Assembly (NCBI GenBank): GCA_964420205.1
Contig: CAYQSO010000003.1
Span: 22,828-78,560 of the forward strand
DNA: 55,733 nucleotides
Reading direction: 5' to 3'
Origin: an uncultured Candidatus Saccharibacteria bacterium
GTDB taxonomy: Bacteria > Patescibacteriota > Minisyncoccia > UBA6257 > JAGOQP01
In this document: piece after piece, positions 51,445 through 55,733 of the stretch
Numbering within the stretch: the first letter of the stretch is position 1
Layout of the letters: each line of letters opens with the position of its first letter
The notes under the pieces: model-generated
The model's input: the letters and a program-made list of their open reading frames with translations, nothing else
Databases searched by the model: none
What the model was told of the DNA's origin: nothing
Position numbers and translations under genes: made by a program

Positions 51445-52786
51445 TACACTTAAAAATACAATTAAGTTCTTTAGTTATCTATTCTATTTAAAAAACTATA
51501 AAAATGTTAAATCAAGTTACATACCACCCTCAGCTAAGTATTTAGATGAAAAAGAGTTATTTAATATGATAGATGCTAGTTTAGATATGTGGTTAACTTC
51601 GGGAAGATTTTGTAAAGAATTCGAGAAAAGATTTTCAAAATATCTAGGAGTAGAGCATTGTAATTTAGTAAATTCAGGTTCTTCTGCAAATTTAATTGCT
51701 ATAACTGCATTAACGTCACCTTTATTAGGTGATAAAAGGTTAAAAGAAGGTGACGAAGTTATTACTGTAGCTGCTGGGTTCCCCACTACAGTAAATCCTA
51801 TAGTACAAAATAGATTAGTTCCTGTTTTTGTAGACGTAGATATTCCTACTTATAATATAAATGTATTACAGCTAGAAGAAGCCCATAGTGAAAAGACTAA
51901 GGCTGTTATGATAGCACATACTCTTGGAAATCCATTCAATATAAAAGCTGTAAAAGATTTTTGTAATAAATATGACTTATATTTAGTGGAAGATTCATGT
52001 GATGCGCTTGGGTCAAAATACTGGGTAAATCCTAATGAATTGAGTGGTAAATGTGGTACTTTCGGAGATATAGGAACGTTTAGTTTTTATCCTGCCCACC
52101 ACATAACAATGGGTGAAGGTGGGGCTGTTGTTACCGATAATAAATTGTTAAATAAAGCTATTATTTCTATTAGAGACTGGGGTAAAGAATGTAATTGCGC
52201 CCCTGGACAAGATAATAGATGTGGTAAAAGATTTACCCAGCAGCATGGTGACCTACCATACGGATTCGATCATAAATATGTATATTCCCATTTAGGATAT
52301 AATTTAAAAACTGTTGATTGGTGTGGTGCTATTGGATTAGCACAATTAGATAAACTAAATAAGTTTATTTTTGATAGACAGTTAAATTTTCATTATTTAT
52401 GGAGCGAATTAAAAAAATATTCCGATTATATTATTTTACCGGAACCAACTATAAATTCTAACCCATCATGGTTCGGATTCCCAATAACTATCAAAGAAGA
52501 TGTTCCATTCACAAGAAAGGGCTTAATTCAGTATTTAGAAAGTAGGGGAGTTGGAACAAGACTGTTATTTGGGGGAAATTTAACAAAGCAACCTACTTAT
52601 AAAGACGTTACTTATAGGATAATAGGAGATCTTAAAAATACAAATATTGTAATGGAAAGAACTTTTTGGATTGGGGTACACCCTAATATAAAAGACCTTC
52701 AAATAGAATATATTTCAAATGTGTTTGGTGAGTTTTTTAGTAAGGTCCGAGACTTAGAAGAAACATTTAAACAAGAAAAGAGGTAA
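51428..52786 (+). CDS. rfbH: CDP-4-keto-6-deoxyglucose 3-dehydrase (E1; RfbH/DdhC-like, DegT fold)
   Basis: Track ORF 51416 trimmed to ATG 51428 (aggag SD). FSFYPAHHITMGEGG has His where aminotransferases have the Schiff-base Lys. CNCAPGQDNRC is the C-x-C-x7-C iron-sulfur motif. Confidence 0.8.
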   Translation: MKILDSTLKNTIKFFSYLFYLKNYKNVKSSYIPPSAKYLDEKELFNMIDASLDMWLTSGRFCKEFEKRFSKYLGVEHCNLVNSGSSANLIAITALTSPLLGDKRLKEGDEVITVAAGFPTTVNPIVQNRLVPVFVDVDIPTYNINVLQLEEAHSEKTKAVMIAHTLGNPFNIKAVKDFCNKYDLYLVEDSCDALGSKYWVNPNELSGKCGTFGDIGTFSFYPAHHITMGEGGAVVTDNKLLNKAIISIRDWGKECNCAPGQDNRCGKRFTQQHGDLPYGFDHKYVYSHLGYNLKTVDWCGAIGLAQLDKLNKFIFDRQLNFHYLWSELKKYSDYIILPEPTINSNPSWFGFPITIKEDVPFTRKGLIQYLESRGVGTRLLFGGNLTKQPTYKDVTYRIIGDLKNTNIVMERTFWIGVHPNIKDLQIEYISNVFGEFFSKVRDLEETFKQEKR

Positions 52787-52788
52787 AG

Positions 52789-53799
52789 TTGATTTTTAAA
52801 CCATTTTTTATAAATCACAATATGTACTTCGGAGACGAAGATAATGTTAAAGAATTTAAAAGAATAGCAGGTAATACGGGTAATTCTTATATTACATATT
52901 CGTTAATTAACATAATATACGGAAAGTTTAATCGTAATTTTGTTACAGGGATAGATAATATTTATAGTTATAACTTTGATAAGTACCAAGAAAAAGACTT
53001 AGAGTATATTAATAACGAATGTACACATGCTATTTTTATTCTACAAGACCAAATAAGAAGAGAAGATAAGAATAGTATTAGACTCCCTTTTGAAAAGTTA
53101 AACCCTTTTTTACAGAGTATAAAAGTTCCTATTGTAGTTATGAGTATAGGGGCAAATAGTTTTACTCCATATGAATCAGACTTCCATACTTACTTAGAAA
53201 CAGATTTAATAAAATTTCTATATATTTTATCTGAAAAAAGTAATTTAGTCGGATTGCGAGGAGAATATACTGAAAGTATTTTTGAAAAACTCGGTATTCA
53301 CAATACGTTAATAATAGGCTGTCCGTCTTTTTTCAAAAACGGAAGAAATAAAGTTATAACTAAAAAAGAGTATAATTCAAATTTTAAAATAGCATCCACA
53401 CCCTCTTATGCTTTTAAGTATCCCTTTAACCCTAATATAGAGGTATTTTTACAAGATGAGTTCACACATGATAAATGCCCTTATGCTTGCCATATTTTTT
53501 CAGATATGGAACAATGGGAGAATAAACTAAAAGAGTTTGATTTTTTTGTTGGAACAAGATTACATGGTTCTATAGTAGCTCTTAATGCGGGAATTCCTGC
53601 ATTATGCATGAATGGGGATATGAGAGCAAAAAGTGTTTGCAAATATTTGAAAATACCACTAAATGTTGGTATAATAAATGAATCTGATATAAATAAAGTA
53701 TATGAAGTTTGTGACTTTACTGAGATGAATAGAAATTACAATAATCTAAGAGAAAGATTTTTATATTATTTAAGAATGAATGGAGTACCACATGTCTAA
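52789..53799 (+). CDS. Polysaccharide pyruvyl transferase family protein
   Basis: 336 aa; TTG start with agagg SD; GNTGNSYI and FVGTRLHGSIVALNAGIPAL match the PS_pyruv_trans pattern. Confidence 0.7.
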   Translation: MIFKPFFINHNMYFGDEDNVKEFKRIAGNTGNSYITYSLINIIYGKFNRNFVTGIDNIYSYNFDKYQEKDLEYINNECTHAIFILQDQIRREDKNSIRLPFEKLNPFLQSIKVPIVVMSIGANSFTPYESDFHTYLETDLIKFLYILSEKSNLVGLRGEYTESIFEKLGIHNTLIIGCPSFFKNGRNKVITKKEYNSNFKIASTPSYAFKYPFNPNIEVFLQDEFTHDKCPYACHIFSDMEQWENKLKEFDFFVGTRLHGSIVALNAGIPALCMNGDMRAKSVCKYLKIPLNVGIINESDINKVYEVCDFTEMNRNYNNLRERFLYYLRMNGVPHV

Positions 53800-55081
53800 A
53801 AAACTAGAAGACTTGTTAGAAATAAGTTTAATAACTTACAACAGAGCAGAAGATTTAAAAAACACACTAAACCAATTAATAGATAGTCCTATATCAGTAT
53901 GCGATATAACTATACTAGATAATGCTTCTACAGATAACACAGAAGAAATTGTTAATTCTTTTAAAGATAGGTTGAAATTAACATATATTAAAAATAATAA
54001 AAATATAGGTGGGAATGCCAATATTGTTAGAGGGTTTGAAATAGCAAATAAACCTTATGTTTGGGTACTATGTGATGATGATAATTACAAATGGAGTGCT
54101 TGGCCAGAAATAGAAAAACATATTATGGAAGAAAAAGCAGATGTTATTTTTGTCCAAGATTTTTATGACACTGAATCAGAAAGGGTGTATCACGCTGCTG
54201 GAGTATATTTGGCTATATATAAAACAAGTAATATAGATAGTACATCACTTGTTACAATGTATAATAACGTTGTTAATATGTTTCCACACGCAGCATTATA
54301 CATTTCTATCCTTAATAAAGGGGGATATGTCGTACACCCACACGTTACAGTAGTATATGCAGGGGTAAAAAATTGGTCTGGAGAAACCTATAATAGGGGG
54401 TTGGACAAGTCCCAGTTAACCTATATCCAGAAAACTAATTACTGGTTTGTTTGTTATATGAGAACACTTGCGTTGATTAATGATGTTAAATTTAGGTCTG
54501 AAATAATTAACGGAACTAAACATTGTTGTGATAGTTTTGAAAATTTATTAGCACATAAGTTATGGCAAAACATGGCTATGCATAATTCGTCAGGATATAA
54601 TTTTAGGTCTATCTATTATATATTGGATAAAGAACAAAGAAAACTATATAAAAAATGTTATAAAAGAGCTCTTACAAAATATAGGAGAGATGGAGAAAAG
54701 GCTCTTCCTCAAACAGAATCAGATTGGGTTAACTATTTTAAAAAAGTAAATAATATTAATAAATTAAGAGAAATTGTCAAAAAGAATAAAGGAAAGAAAG
54801 TTGCTATTTATGGTGCAGGAAGCGTAACTAAGGCTCTTATGCGAATTGATAATGATATCTTTAAAGATATTAAGTATATTTCAGATATAAAATATAATAA
54901 TGTAGGTATTGATAAAGATATAGAGGAGTTTATATGTTTGCCCCCGGAAAATCTAAAAGAGTTAAACCCCGACGTTATTTTAGTGTCTTTATTACGTTTT
55001 AAAGAAGTTACTGAAAGGTTAAAAAATATGGGGGTGAATAGTAAATTTGTTAAAATTATCCATGGGTGGGATGGTCTCTAA
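53792..55081 (+). CDS. Family-2 glycosyltransferase with C-terminal extension
   Basis: Track ORF 53780; ATG 53792 preferred; ISLITYNRAEDL...ITILDNASTDNT...VLCDDD. Confidence 0.75.
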   Translation: MSKKLEDLLEISLITYNRAEDLKNTLNQLIDSPISVCDITILDNASTDNTEEIVNSFKDRLKLTYIKNNKNIGGNANIVRGFEIANKPYVWVLCDDDNYKWSAWPEIEKHIMEEKADVIFVQDFYDTESERVYHAAGVYLAIYKTSNIDSTSLVTMYNNVVNMFPHAALYISILNKGGYVVHPHVTVVYAGVKNWSGETYNRGLDKSQLTYIQKTNYWFVCYMRTLALINDVKFRSEIINGTKHCCDSFENLLAHKLWQNMAMHNSSGYNFRSIYYILDKEQRKLYKKCYKRALTKYRRDGEKALPQTESDWVNYFKKVNNINKLREIVKKNKGKKVAIYGAGSVTKALMRIDNDIFKDIKYISDIKYNNVGIDKDIEEFICLPPENLKELNPDVILVSLLRFKEVTERLKNMGVNSKFVKIIHGWDGL

Positions 55082-55733
55082 TGAAAAAAATATTATTACT
55101 AGGTGGTTCAGGAGATATAGGAAAGGGAATTTTAAATTCCTTTCTCGTAGATAAGTATGAGATATACTCACCTACAAGCAAAGAACTTAATTTACTAAGC
55201 ATGAGTAGTGTTAATAACTTTTTTATACAGAATAAAATAAAATATTATGACACTTGTATTTTCGCTGCTTCTAAACCAGCTAAAATACTAGAAGGTTCTT
55301 ATGGCACGAGATATTTTAGCGACACCGGAGTGTGTTTTGAAAATCTAAAAATGTTCTTTAATTTTATTGATTATGAAATTAATTATAAAAAGTTAATTTA
55401 TTTGGGCAGCGGTGCTTGTTACGATAAAAGTAAAGAACTTAATAATGTAACAGAAAGTAAATTAAATAATTTCATCCCTGAAACAGAACATGGATTATAT
55501 AAACATATAATATCACGTTATATAGAAAAAACCGATAGATGTACTAATTTAATTTTATTTGGTATTTTTTCTATGTATGAGAATGATTTAAGATTTATTA
55601 CAAATACTATTAAAAAATGTATTAGAGAAGATGATATTATAATTAAAGAAAATAGACTGATGTCCTATTTATATATTGATGATTTTATTAAAATTTTAGA
55701 CTATTTTATAGAGAATGATACAAAATATAAAAC
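55081..55733 (+). CDS. NAD(P)-dependent sugar epimerase/reductase-like (SDR fold), 5' partial
   Basis: Not in the track because no stop lies in the window. TAATG overlap with the upstream gene. MKKILLLGGSGDIGKGI Rossmann motif; open to the window end. Confidence 0.55.
   Translation, partial: MKKILLLGGSGDIGKGILNSFLVDKYEIYSPTSKELNLLSMSSVNNFFIQNKIKYYDTCIFAASKPAKILEGSYGTRYFSDTGVCFENLKMFFNFIDYEINYKKLIYLGSGACYDKSKELNNVTESKLNNFIPETEHGLYKHIISRYIEKTDRCTNLILFGIFSMYENDLRFITNTIKKCIREDDIIIKENRLMSYLYIDDFIKILDYFIENDTKYK

Noticed and set aside
4443-54021. All remaining minus-strand track ORFs (for example 4443, 7283, 7509, 9092, 9753, 10165, 10434, 12034, 12715, 15941, 18936, 25667, 27238, 28301, 28315, 29921, 30985, 31797, 34121, 34508, 35031, 37416, 39263, 39734, 40594, 42603, 45040, 48224, 48277, 51517, 53836)
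   Set aside because: Each lies fully antisense to a longer plus-strand ORF that has an SD and is coupled to its neighbours. Their translations are low-complexity and rich in Ile, Leu, Phe, Ser and Asn, as expected from AT-rich antisense sequence.

Overview
Visibly AT-rich window with about 130 short, tightly packed ORFs. All but one are on the + strand, and most have Gram-positive-style SD sequences (aggag/ggagg) and ATGA/TAATG start-stop overlaps. I read it as the accessory or early 'hyperplastic' arm of a large phage or phage-plasmid of a low-GC host. No structural, lysis or polymerase genes, tRNA, rRNA or CRISPR array could be supported.

Recognisable genes:
- 5' edge: an RHH regulator bracketed by six 25-bp repeats, an excisionase-type HTH gene on the - strand, and an IS1595-type transposase remnant.
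- Two orphan DNA methyltransferases: a beta-class SPPY enzyme and a gamma-class NPPF enzyme.
- An AAA+ ATPase, a minimal SpoU/TrmL-like RNA 2'-O-methyltransferase, a HIRAN protein, an XRE-type HTH protein, a dNMP-kinase-like P-loop protein and many small zinc-ribbon proteins.
- Three genes carrying long in-frame low-complexity repeat arrays.

Most striking content: from 45.7 kb to the window edge runs a translationally coupled operon of at least 10 genes. It encodes a CDP-3,6-dideoxyhexose core (RfbF, RfbG and an RfbH/E1 dehydrase with His-for-Lys and C-x-C-x7-C signatures), a YerE-like ThDP enzyme, a HAD phosphatase, a pyruvyl transferase, a GT2 glycosyltransferase and an SDR. This points to a phage-borne branched-chain dideoxy-sugar and glycan pathway.

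Other second-look items:
- A self-contained unit at 26.75-29.3 kb: promoter, 677-aa gene, 130-aa gene, terminator.
- Gene cassettes flanked by direct repeats, each carrying one of two alanine-repeat paralogs.
- A 35-bp leader motif present four times, twice preceded by a GC-rich island.
- Two ORFs split at T homopolymers.
- An apparent excess of G/C homopolymer tracts.

All family assignments rest on motifs read by eye and need HMM or structure confirmation.
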